The translations under genes were made by a program, and so were the position numbers. The notes under the pieces are model-generated. The model saw only the letters and a list, made by a program, of their open reading frames with translations, had not been told where the DNA came from and did not search any database. From Mobula hypostoma (Eukaryota): a stretch of DNA of 64,000 bases. Location: NCBI RefSeq assembly GCF_963921235.1, contig NC_086108.1, positions 8,184,001 to 8,248,000 on the forward strand. Reading direction: 5' to 3'. Positions within the stretch are counted from its first letter, which is position 1. Each line of letters opens with the position of its first letter. Positions 50,727 through 62,790 of the stretch are shown here, one piece after another.

Positions 50727-53710
50727 CAGAGCCTATAGAAGTATTCATCCCATAGGAAGTTTTCATGTTTTATTGTTTTACAACATTGAACCACAATGGA
50801 TTTAATTTGACTTTCTTGCCAGTGATTTACAGAAAAAGACTATTGTCAAAGTGAAAACATCTCTACACGGTGATCTAAATTAATTACAAATATAAAACAA
50901 AATAATTGATTGCTTAAGTATTCACCCATTCAAGTCAGTATTTAGTAGATGCACCTTTGGCAGTAATTACAGCCTTGAGTCTGTGTGGATAGGTCTCTAT
51001 CAGCTTTGCACAACTAGACACTGCAATTTTTCCCCTTTCTCCTTTACAAAACTGCTCAAGCTCCGTCAGATTGCATGGGGATTGTGAGTGAACAGTTTTT
51101 TCAAGTCCAGCCACAAATTATCAATTGGATTGAGGTCTGGACTCTGACTTGGCCACTCCCAGATATTAACTTTGTTGTTTTTAAGCCATTACTGTGTAGA
51201 TTTGGCTTTATCATTTGGGTCATTGTCTTGCTGGAAAACAAATTTTCTCCTGTCACAATTCTCTTGCAGACTGCCTTAGGTTTTCTTCCAAGATTTCCCT
51301 GTATTTTGCTGCATTAATTTTACCCTCTAACTTCACAAGCTTTCCAGGGCCTGTTGCAGTGAAGCATCCCCACAGCATGATGCAGCCACCCCCATGCTTC
51401 AGAGTAGGGATGGTGAGTTTTTGATGATATGTGATGTTTGATTTACGCCAAACATAGCGTTTAGTCTGATGGCCAAAAAGTTCAATTTTGGTTTCATCAG
51501 ACCATAGACCCTTCTTCCAGCTGACTTCAGAGTCTCCCACATGCCTTCAGGCAAACTTCAGCCGAGATTTCATGTGAAATTTTTCAACAGTGGCTTTCTC
51601 TTCGTCATTCTCCCATAAAGCTGTGACCAGTGAAGCACCCGGGAAACAGCTGTTGTATGAGCAGTCACTCCCATCTCAGCCACTGAAGCTTGTAACTCCT
51701 CCAGAGTTGTCATAGATCTCTTGGTGGCCTCCATCACTAATCCCCTTCTTGCACGGTCACTCAGTTTTTGAGGACGGCCTGTTCTAGGCAGATTTACAGC
51801 TATGCTATATTCTTTCCATTTCTTTTACTTTAGACTTTATTGTCGCCAAACAATTGGTACTAGAACGTACAATCATCACAGCGATATTTGATTCTGCACT
51901 TCCCACTCCTTGGATTACAAATATTAAATATTAAAAATAGTAAAAATTAGTAAATATTAAAAATGTAAATTACAAATAATAAAAAGAAAATAGAAAAATG
52001 GAAAGGTAGTGCAAAAAAACTGAGAGGCAGGTCCGGATATTTGGAGGGTACGGCCCAGATCCGGGTCAGGATCCGTTCAGCAGTCTTATCACAGTTGGAA
52101 AGAAGCTGTTCCCAAATCTGGCCGTACGAGTCTTCAAGCTCCTGAACCTTCTCCCGGAGGAAAGAGGGACGAAAAGTCTGTTGTCTGGGTGGGACGTGTC
52201 CTTGATTATCCTGGCAGCACTGCTCCAACAGTGTGCGGTGTAAAGTGAGTCCACGAACGGAAGATTGGTTTGTGTGATGTGCTGCGCCGTGTTCACGATC
52301 TTCTGCAGCTTCCGGTGTTGGACAGGATAACTTCCATACGAGGTGCACCCTAGAAGAATGCTTTCTACGATGCATCTATAAAAGTTAGTGAGGGTTTTAG
52401 GACACAGGCCAAATTTCTTCAGTTTTCTCAGGAAGTAAAGGCACTGGTTGGCCTTCTTGGCAGTGGACTCTGCTTGGTTGGAGCAAGTCAGGTCATTTGT
52501 GATATTGACCCTGAGGAACTTAAAGCTTTTGACCTGTTCCACTTGCGCACCACCGATGTAAATTGGGTCGTGCGGTCCGCTACTCCTTCTGAAGTCAACA
52601 ACCAATTCCTTCGTCTTGCTTGAGGGACAGGTTATTGTCTTCGCACCATGCCACCAGGTTCTTAATTTCCTCTCTGTACTCAAACTCATCATTACTCCAG
52701 ATATGGCCTACAATTGTTGTGTCATCAGCAAACTTATATATTGAGTTTGATGGAAACTTGGCTACACAATCATGGGTGTACAGTGAGTACAGCAGGGGGC
52801 TGAGTACACAGCCTTGTGGGGCACTGGTGCTCAGAGTGATTGTAGAGGAGAGCTTGTCCCCTATTTTTACAGCCTGGGTCCTGTCTGTGAGGAAGTTGAA
52901 GATCCAGCTGCAGATCTGAGTGCTAAGGCCCTGGTTCCAGAGCTTAGGAATCAGTTTATTTGGAATGATGGTATTAAAGGCAGAGCTGTAGTCAATGAAA
53001 AGGAGCCTTACGTATGCGTCTTTATTCTCCAGGTGTTCTAAGGAGGAATGTAGGGCCAGAGAGATGGCATCTGCCGTTGACCTGTTGCTCCGGTAGGTGG
53101 ACTGCAAAGCGTCAAGGTTGACCGGTAGACTGTGGTTGATGTGTGCCATAACCAATCTCTCAAAGCACTTCATAGCAATTGACGTCAGAGCCACAGGTCG
53201 ATAGTCATTCAGGCAAGCCACCTTGCTCTTCCTGATGATTAATTTAACTGTACTCCAAGGGACTTGGAAATTTTCTTGTATCCATCTTCTGACTTGTGCT
53301 TCCCAATAGTTGCTTGGAGTGTTCTTTTGTCTTCATGGTGTAGTTTTTGCCAGGATACTGACTCACCAGCAGTTGGACCTTCCAGATACAGGTGTATTTT
53401 TACTACAATCAATTGAAACACCTTGTCTGCCCACAGGTCTCCAAAAACAGATCTCCATTTAACTAATTATGTGACTTCTAAAACCAATTGGCTGCACCAG
53501 TGATGATTTGGTGTGTCATATTAAACGGAGGGGGGGGGCATACTTATTCAATCAACTATATAGTGTTTTATGTTTATAATTAATTCAAATCGCTTTGTAG
53601 AGATCTGTTTTCGCTTTGACATGAAAGAGCCTTTTTCTGCTGATCATTGTCAAAAAAGCCAAATTAAATTCACTGTGATTCAATGTTGTAAAACAATAAA
53701 ACATGAAAAC
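50727..53710 (-). mobile_element. Near full-length degenerate Tc1-family transposon, interrupted by a LINE
   Basis: TA-cag TIR at 50727; opposite TIR to ~53710; ATG 53336 [26 protein letters not shown]...TLKHGGGCIMLWGCF. Same family as 30495-31376. Confidence 0.92.
51825..53232 (-). mobile_element. Rex1/Babar-like LINE, 5'-truncated, nested in the Tc1 transposase
   Basis: [23 protein letters not shown]...[12 protein letters not shown]...[15 protein letters not shown]...KFADDTT; short-repeat tail at ~51825-51840. Confidence 0.92.
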
Positions 53711-53981
53711 ATATATATATTCTTATTGCAATTTACAGTTTTATTACATATTGCAATGTACTGCTGCCGTAAAACAACAAATTTCACAACAAATTCTGGT
53801 GATATTAAACCTGATTCTGAGATGCCACCTGACCTGCTGAGTTCCTCCAGTATTTTGTGCGTGTTACTTTGGATTTCCAGCACCTGCAGAATCCCTTTAT
53901 GCCTATGCTCTGAACATCAGTATAGCAGACAATAATTGATCAATTCCCGTCCCTTCCCGTAGCAGGAAGGTGCTGTCATAC

Positions 53982-54442
53982 CTCCACAATGCTCTTCAGG
54001 TCCCTGACGTAGGCTCGCTCTGTCTCCACAATCTCCCTGACCACCCTATCCACTCGCGAGGGCTTGACGATGGTTTCCTCCTGCTGGGGGGTGGCTGGGG
54101 TGTGGGCCGGCATATCCGTGGCCGGGGAGACCAGGCGGAGGGCCGGGACCTCGGCTCCGCCCGAGGGGTCGTCAGAGGGCGTCTCTCCCTGGCCCACCGG
54201 CGTCAGGTCCAGGCTGATGTCGCTGCCGTGCTGCGCAGGGCGGGCCGAGCCGCTGCTGAAGGCGCTGGCGCTGTCCGGCAGAGAGGCCGAGGAGGCCGAG
54301 GAACTGAGGCTGGCGGGCCGGTCGCTGTCCGAGCACACCGTGTTCATGGAGGTAAGGCTGTCCGAGCTAGGCGCGGCCGCCATGCTGTCTGTCACCGCCG
54401 TCATCAGGCTGAGCGAGGAGGCTGAGCACGGCCGAGGAGCGC
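53982..54442 (-). CDS. PLEKHG2: PLEKHG-family RhoGEF, first coding exon seen (Ser-rich N-terminus + start of DH domain)
   Basis: Acceptor cttcccacag|GC, donor GAG|gtatga; 461 nt, starts in phase 1, ends in phase 0. Encodes ...SDSDRPASLSSSASSAS...[28 protein letters not shown], close to recalled human PLEKHG2 [28 protein letters not shown]. In-frame ATGs at 54404 and 54383; the true start may be in an upstream exon. CpG-rich. Confidence 0.9.
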
Positions 54443-54449
54443 CTGTGGG

Positions 54450-55125
54450 AAGATGGTGGGAGAGCAGGGGTGGGGGAGTGTGGGTGGAATGCAGAGGGCA
54501 GACGGTGAGGGTGGGGTAAGCGGGGGAAGGTGGAGGGAAAGGGATGGGAGGGGAGGGAGGAGGTGAGAGGGACAAGTGGGTTGGGAGCGGTGGGGAGGAG
54601 AGGAGGCATGTGAAGCAGATGAGAGAGGGGAGTTGGGAGGGAGGTGGGGGGAGAAGAGTACATAGTGGAAGTGGGCAGAAGTGTGGGTTGGGGCAAGGGA
54701 GGATGGGGAAGAAAGGCGAGAGGAGTGAGGGGTGAGTGGAAGGAAAGGGATAGGAACGGGGAGGGGGAGGGAGAGAGGAGTGGGGGAGGGGAGGGAGAAA
54801 GAGGAGTGGGGAGGAAGAGGTGTGGGGAGGAAGAGGAGTGGGGGAGGAAGAGGAATGGGGGGAGGAAGAGGAATGGGAGAGGAAGAGGAATGGGGAGGAA
54901 GAGGAGTGGGGGGAGGAAGAGGAGTGGGGAGGAAGAGGAGTGGGGGGAGGAAGAGGAGTGGGGGAGGAAGAGGAGTGGGGGAGGAAGAGGTGTGGGGGAG
55001 GAACAGGTGTGGGGGAGGAAGAGGTGTGAGGAACAGGGAAGTTAGAGAGGAGTTGAGGGAGGGGGAGAGAGGAACAGAGGGAATGGAGAGAAGAAGAGAA
55101 AAAGAAAAAGAAAAAAGAAAAGAAT
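54450..55125. repeat. Polypurine tract incl. (ggggaggaagaggagt)n
   Basis: Abuts the acceptor of the 54442 exon. Confidence 0.93.
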
Positions 55126-55304
55126 AGGGTTAGTTGACAGTCACACACCCCAATGAGGACACCGACAACCCCCACATCCTCACACTGTCTACCCACTCTG
55201 CCCCACCACAACACCATGAATCGCACAATGCACCACTGGGCCAAACATCTCCCAGCACTTTCATATCCTCAGCTACAGCAACAGTGACAACTTCTGTCAA
55301 ACCA

Positions 55305-55640
55305 CATGGACCCCGTCTGGTACACGAGCCCATCTGGGAGACAAACTCTGTATGGATCCTGAACCCCGTCTGGTACACAAACCCATCTGGTACATGAAAC
55401 CCACAAGGCACACAAACCCCGCATGGACCACGAACACCGTTTGGTACACAAGCCACATCAGATACACAAACTCCGTCCAGTACACAAACCCTGTATGGTA
55501 CACAAAGCCCATATGGTATATGGACTGTCTATGGTACACAGATACTCCACTGTACACAAAGTCCGTATGGTACACAGACCCTGTATGGTACACAAACTCT
55601 GTCTGGTAGATGAACCCTGTATGGTACATGAACCACATTG
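55305..55640. repeat. Degenerate 18-bp tandem repeat (ggtacacaaaccctgtat)
   Basis: 6-aa periodic WYTNPV pseudo-ORF. Confidence 0.88.
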
Positions 55641-56216
55641 GAAAAACAAACGACCAATTATATGGAACAGTTATTACCCCTCAACCATCAGGCTCCTGAA
55701 CCAGTGTGGATAACTTCACTCACCACAATGAGCCTCAGGTCCCACACCACCAGGTTCAGGAACAGTTATTACCCCACAACCATCAGGCTCCTGAACCAGT
55801 GTGGATAACTTCACTCACCTCAACATTGAACTGATTTTACAACCTACAGACTCACTTTCAAGGGCTTTACAACTCATGTTCTCAGTATTATTTATTTTTT
55901 ATTTGCACAGTTTGGCTTTTGCACATCAGTTGTTTGTCAATGTTTATGTATAGTTTTTCATAAATTCTATTGTTTTAAATTTTCTGTAAATGCCCACAAG
56001 GAAATGAATCTCAGGGTAGCATATAGTGACATTCACGTACTTTGACAGCCCCAGTTATACTGCATCTTTCCCTCAGTACAATAAAGATGGATTACTGACC
56101 TCCCAATCTACCTTGTACCGTCTAGCATCCGCGCAATGCACTTTCTCTGTAACTGTGACACTTCATTCAGCATTCTGTTATTGTTTTAACTTATACCACT
56201 TCAATGCACCAATGTA

Positions 56217-56872
56217 ATAGAACATAGAACATAGAATAGTACAGCACAGTACAGGCCCTTCGGCCCACAGTGTTGTGCCAACCCTCAGACCCTGCCTCCC
56301 ATATAACCCCCACCTTAAATTCCTCCATATACCTGTCTAGTAGTGTCTTAAATTTCACTAGTGTATCTGCCTCCATCACTGACTCAGGCAGTGCATTCCA
56401 CGCACCAACCACTCTCTGAGTAAAAAACCTTTCTCTAATATCCCCCTTGAACTTCCCACCCCTTACCTTAAAGCCATGTCCTCTTGTACTGAGCAGTGGT
56501 GCCCTGGGGAAGAGGCGCTGTCTATCCACACTATCTATTTCTCTTATTATCTTGTACACCTCTATCATGTCTCCTCTCATCCTCCTTCTCTCCAAAAAGT
56601 AAAGCCCTAGCTCCCTCGACTTATGAAAGCTAACACCCCATAAGCTTTCTTAACTACCCTATCCTCCTGTGAGGCAACTTTCAGGGATCTGTGGACATGT
56701 ACCCCCAGATCCCTCTGCTCCTCCACACTACCAAGAATCCTGCCATTTACTTTGTACTCTACCTTGGAGTTTGTCCTTCCAAAGTGTACCACCTCACACT
56801 TCTCTGGGTTGAACTCCATCTGCCACTTCTCAGCCCACTTCTGCATCCTATCAATGTCTCTCTGCAATCTTC
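56217..56872 (-). mobile_element. CR1 LINE 3' end with internal deletion and (atagaac)n tail
   Basis: KWAEKWQMEFNPEKCEVVHFG; RRMRGDMIEVYKI...FFTQRVVGAWNALP. Confidence 0.9.
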
Positions 56873-57900
56873 AATGAAATGATCTGTGAGGATGGCACAC
56901 AGAATGAAATTCCACTGTACTCGGTCGGTCTGTTATAACAAAGTCACTGGAGAGCTAGTGGTTACAGAAGTGTTTATTCAACAAAATGAGGCACTCTTGG
57001 AAGAAGAGGCCTCCCAACCCAATATTACATGACACTTTTATATGCTAAAGATCAAATTTAACTGCAGGGCAATTCTATAGTTACAACGTATCTGCAATGC
57101 TTCCTTTGATTTACATATAGTTTTCAAACACCTCCTTCGCACCCACACTCCAGACATCCAAAATGAATGTTAATCAGCATTGTCTGGTTTGCAATTAACT
57201 CCAGACCACAGCTCCAGGAAAGCTATTGTCCAGGGTTGCATTTTAAATTTAATCTGCAATCCACATTCAGGTCTAAAGAGAAGGCAGGAGAATGGAGAAT
57301 GGAATGGTGGAACAGACATAATAGGCTGAATGGCCTAATCGTGCCTCTCTGTCTTATGATTTCCAGACAGATCAACTGAGAGAGCCGCCCACACACATCC
57401 CAACAACTCCTGCATTTACCCTTCCCTTAGAGAATAGGCCTTGATCTACCAGGATGTATTTCCCCCAATATTGACTGATAACACCACTCTTCTTGAGTTA
57501 CCGGTCAACTATGGGCTCAGTTAATAGCGTTATTCCTATGCTACTCAGTTAGCTACCATTAAGAACAAAGGGAAAGATAGTTATAAAGTTGGCAACTCTT
57601 ATTTTTGTGTATGTAAGGAGTATCAGTTACTTCTTATGGGTAAAGTGAACGGAATCACTGTGTTTCAGGGACGATAATGACAATGAAATTCTGTAGAGAA
57701 GAAGCACATTAAGACAGCAGTGCAGCTGTCAGAGCCTCTGCACTCAGGCAATTATTCGCTTTCTCTCTCTATTTCTCGTGAAGGTGAGAGTTTGCTGCAG
57801 ATTCTCAAATTAGAGAATCTGGAAATAAAGTGACACTACAGACTGTAGTGTTGAAAAAGCGAGCTGTTGTTCTCCCCTCTTGCTATGGAAGGGGTGACAC

Positions 57901-57956
57901 CTCTCTCTCTATATATATAGAGAGAGATATAGAGATATAGAGCAAGAGAGATATTG

Positions 57957-58017
<61 letters not shown>
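57901..58017. repeat. (TA)n/(GA)n microsatellite
   Basis: Direct inspection. Confidence 0.95.
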
Positions 58018-58021
<4 letters not shown>

Positions 58022-59084
58022 GAACCTTTGGCGGGGCAAAGTGCTGGGTTATGGACTGTAGATTTTGATGTACTGTAGATCATGGTTTCTTTGGGGACTT
58101 TGTTATTGCGTGCATAGTGGGAGGTGTGGGGGGCTGATGCTTCCTGCTGGAACAAGGGGGTGAAGGGGATGGGGGAGGGTTGATGTTTTGCTGCTGCTTG
58201 TGCGTGTGAGAGGCAAGGGAAGCTTTGGGGTTCTAATGCTTTTCTTTCATCTATTCTGTGGCATTTTTCCTCCTGTTTCTCGAGGGTGTCTCCGAAGAGT
58301 ACGAATTTCAGGTTGTGTACTATATACATTCTCTGATAATAAATTGAACCATTGAAAATAGTTCATCTAATTTTTCAAGAAGGGGAGACATAGTGGTAGT
58401 TAGTAGTGCTATTCCTATCTCACTCAGTTAGTCACTCCCACATACTGCACAAGCAGGGTTGTCAGTACAATTCGGTTGGGTATCCTGCATGCTGGCATCC
58501 TGGTGTGCTCTGCACTCTCCCTCAGTAACAACCACAACAAGCCCAGCAGCATAGAGCCACACTGCACTACGACAGAGACACAGCCATTTGGCCCTTCTAC
58601 TGCATGTCGACCAGGACTTTGCCCTTTATGGAGTTTCCAGAGAAAGTCCCAGATTAAAACTATAACACACCATCTACTATCCTTCCAAAGTGTACTTAGA
58701 CCAGGGGATCCTAACCCGCGGTCCACAGGCTCCTTGGTTAATGGTAAGAATCCATGGCATAAAGAAGGTTGGGAAACCCTGATCGAGATGAACATCAGCT
58801 CCTCGATGTTTCATGTTGGATACTGTGTGACAACAGAATGACTAAGAGGAGGAAGATACTGAATGTGTAAGAACAGCCACCAAACAACCACAGAACCCCA
58901 GCTATTCCAACAAGTCCCATCTCTCAAGACAATAAGACCCATAACCGCTCTTGCTGACTCAGTAGAACCGTTCCCAGGGCCAGAGCAGCTTGTGAGGCTA
59001 CGGTAGTGTAGCAGTTAGTGGAAGTCTTTACATCACCAGTGACCCAGGTGCAGTTCCAGCCACTGTCTGCAATGAGTTGTGGTC

Positions 59085-59520
59085 ATTCTGTCAAGGTGGC
59101 CATGGTGGCACTGACAGCTCCTTGGGAAGACCGGATTGAGGTGGCGTTCGAGTGCAAGAAGGGCAAATACCAGGAGCTGGTAGGGCAGTGTCAGAGATGG
59201 GTGGAGGGCACGAGGTGAGCCTAGAGGTTTTTCTAGCTTGCTGTGTAGAACCTACTCTCTCCTTGGCATCACAGGGGCTGCAAAGAAAAGAGCCTCAGGA
59301 CCATCACAGAGGCTGCTCAGTGATCCTCCAGATGGCTGTGGATCAAGACGTGTGACCCATGGACCAATGCTGCCGGGATACAAGCCAGGGCTTAATCAAC
59401 CCTGGACGGGTCACCTGGGCAAGGGTCCCTGCTATTGAAAAACCTAAAATACTCGATGACCCCAGGGGTACGTCACTGATGACGTGTCCTAGCACATCCT
59501 AGGATCGATCTCTGCATCAT
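59085..59520 (+). mobile_element. R2/HERO-like non-LTR element 3' end (restriction-like endonuclease), inserted in a SINE
   Basis: VAMVALTAPWEDRIEVAFECKKGKYQELVGQC resembles the ELTVPWE...ERK..KY REL motif; ..LGITGAAKKRA...WLWIK; SINE head at 58995-59075 and body from 59520. Confidence 0.7.
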
Positions 59521-62264
59521 ACGCTCTTCCTGCGAGCACGTGGATTTCCTCCGGGTGCTCCGGTTTTCTCACAGTCCAAGGTCATGGGGTTAGTGAGTCG
59601 TGGGCATACCGGAAGCCTGGTGAACCTTGTGGACTGCCCCAGCACCTCGGTAAGACTGCTGATAATTGTCGTAAAAATTACACCTTTCACTGGGTACTTG
59701 TGACAAATAAAGCTAATCTTTCATCTTTAATTTTCAGGCACTGATCTCACAGACATTAGAGTGGAAAGTCATCTGTTCCTCCTCTCACATGTGGGGCAAA
59801 CAACTATCTATGTCTGGAACTGGATTCAATAGGGTAAGCTCATGGGTGATGGGGTGGAGATATGTCTCTACCAAATGAGACGTGCGGCACTCCCTCCCTC
59901 CACTAGCCTGCAAGTCACCTTTAGGCAAGGTGTAGCACCTGCTTAGCCCCCCCCCCACACCCCAGGGTCAGGGTCACGTGAAGCCAGTGGAGCAGGTGGT
60001 GGATGAGTGGCTGATGCGTATCACAAGTCCTGGTTATGCAACCACAGACACCGGGCAGACAATCTCTGAAGAGTATTGATAATGGTTGAGGTCACCCATC
60101 TTGTAAAGACTCTGCCTAGAAGAAGGTAATGCAAACTACCTCTGTAAAAAAATTTGCCATATCAACATCTTAGAGATCTATCCTGGGCCAAACATATTGG
60201 CTCTTAGACTGATGAAAGAAAAATGGAGGGCGACAGACAGTGTAGGAGATAAAAGTTAAATTGACTGTGAATTAGGTTAAAAGGTCGGCTAAATATTGTA
60301 GGCCAATGGGCCCGTACTCTGCCCTACCGATCTATCAACACCACTTTGTTATTTCTCTCCTGCGTCATGTAACGGCTTCTTTCAAACAAACCAAAACCAC
60401 TTTAAGACTGAGCATGGGGGTGTGGGTTGATACTGTACGACCAATCCAACAATGAAGTTCCAAAGTCGAAGAACACATTTGGTCTTTTATTAAAAAACCA
60501 GCAAAATGAACGATCTTGAAATGATAAAAACTCATAATAGCAAGAGAATGAAATAAAATCTTAGTGTATTCCAACATACTTAAGCCGACCGTTCTCTAAC
60601 ATCTTTAAGAGTATTCAAGTGAATTTAAGTGCATTTAAGGAAGTGAATTTAAGCATATTTAAGCAAATTTGAACATGTTTAAGCCCATTTAAGTGATTTA
60701 AGCGAATTTAAACATCGTTAAGCAGTAAAAAGATATCATCCCTCCCACAGCCAACTCTCTAGCTCTACCCAGACTAGACTGATTAAGGACAAAGCATAAG
60801 TACGTAACCACACTCTTCGCTTCTACCACGCCCCAGCCCACCCATAATAAACACACCACACATCATACAATGCAGACAGAAGATGGATACATGGTTCCTA
60901 CACACTACATATTTTTTGTGACTTGTACTAGTTCTTAAATCTTACATTGTACAGCTGCCACAAAACAACAAATTTCACGACCTACAATACTGTGATGATT
61001 CTGACCACGTGAACCCCTGTGTCTGTGCTCCCAACTGGAGACCATATGTCAGTCGACCGCAATGGTTCACATCTATCGAAAGCCGAGAGTAATATTCAGC
61101 ATAACAGCGGACAGCGTCACTATAAAGGCACACCGCAAAGTCTTACTTCTTTATAAACGGGCCTGCAGTCAGAAGATGGTGTTGTGGTGACCTCAGGGTG
61201 TGCTGGAGGTGAATGGTGAACCTTCACCACACCACCCGCCCCCTCCGTACTGCCAGGGGCAGCATCATACAGAGGGGCCACTAACTCAAATGCTCTCAAA
61301 GATTCCAAGTACATTTATTGTCAAAGTATGTCTTTCTACCATCAGGCGGGAGACTCCAATGCACAAAAACAGCAATGGTCAGGATGCGAAACAGATTCTT
61401 CCCCCAGGCCATTAGGCTTCTGAGCTCCCTGTGATCACGGTCAAAGTGTCATTAGCTAATCTGTTCTGTACCTGGCAATATTTAATTCATGCACCTGAGT
61501 TTATTTATGTGTAATCCACCTGTAGATTTCATCCTTACTTTCATAAATTATGATGCGTATTACAGTGCTTTGCACCCTGGTCTGGAGAAATGCTGTCATG
61601 TTTCTAGTTAAATGACAATAAACTTGACCTGACTTGTACACAGTATACAGCTCTGAGATTTGTTTTCCATAAGACAGCCACAAAACAAAGAAAACCATGA
61701 AACCTATCCAAAGGAAAACAAGACCTCCCCCACACGCTAATAAAGAACAAACTGTGCTAACAGTGGAAAAAAAAACAAGCGATAAACACAGAATATAAAA
61801 TACAAAATCTCAAGTGTCCAGGAATTTTCAGTTCAGCTCAGTTCTAGTTCAATCTTGCGCTGTGACATTCATTATCTGCAGGCCGCCCCAATCAAAATCA
61901 CTAAAATAGCAACAAAAAAGGGAGCATCTAGAAGCCAGCAACACAGCTGCTCTGTATTGGAGGCAGGAGATCCCCAGTAAATCTTTGAAGAGGAGGAGGT
62001 CCTTAATCTAAAACAGATTATCTGGTCACCCTCACACTGCAGTTGTGCAACTTTGTGTACAAATTCTCTTTAAAGCCATGGGCCAGCCAAACACAATACA
62101 TAAAATTATTACAGCACTGTGCTAGGGTGCCCAAGACTTTTGCACAGTACTGTAATCATTTTACGTATTGCACTGAACCACTGCCATTAAAGAAAAACAC
62201 ATTTCACAACATAGGTGAGTGATTATAAACCTGATTTATCATCACTCGTAAAAAAGGAAGTCAT

Positions 62265-62790
62265 AAAGAAATCTTTTGGCACATTGGCCTTCAGGAGATG
62301 GGATGTTATGTTGAAGACATTGACAAGGCCTAATTTGGAGTATTGTGTGTAGTTTTTGTCACCCACCTACAGGAAAGATGTAAATAAGGTTTGAAGAGTA
62401 CAGAGAAAATTTACATGGATGTTGCTGGGCCTGGAGGACCTGAGTTATAAGGAAAGATTGAATAGTTAGGACTTCATTCCTTGGAATGTAGAAGATTGAG
62501 GGGAGATATGGTAGAGATATACAAAATTATGAGTTGTATAGATAGGGTAAATGCAAGCAGGTTTTTTCCACTGAGGTTGGGTGGGACGACAACCAGAGGT
62601 CATGGGTTAAGGGTGAAAGGTGAAAAGTTTAAGAAGAACATGAGGGGAAACTTCTTCACTCAGAGTGTGGAATGGGCTGCCAGTGCATGCGAGCTTGGTT
62701 TCAAAGTTTGAGAGAAGTTTGGATAGGTACATGGATGGTAGGGGTATAGAGAGCAGGTCGATGGGAGAAGGCAGTTTAAGTGGTTCAGCG
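62265..62790 (+). mobile_element. CR1 LINE 3' end, followed by a Penelope-like pseudo-LTR fragment (62795-62890, -)
   Basis: CRRLRGDMVEIYKIM...TRGHGLRVKG...GNFFTQ. Confidence 0.85.

Noticed and set aside
56930..57400. Possible solo LTRs here and at ~60368-60600
   Set aside because: TG starts and polyA-like signals are suggestive, but no target-site duplication or second copy could be confirmed.
59430..59495. ctgatga in the HERO-like 3' UTR as a hammerhead
   Set aside because: I could not place GAAA and three stems in a valid topology in this copy.
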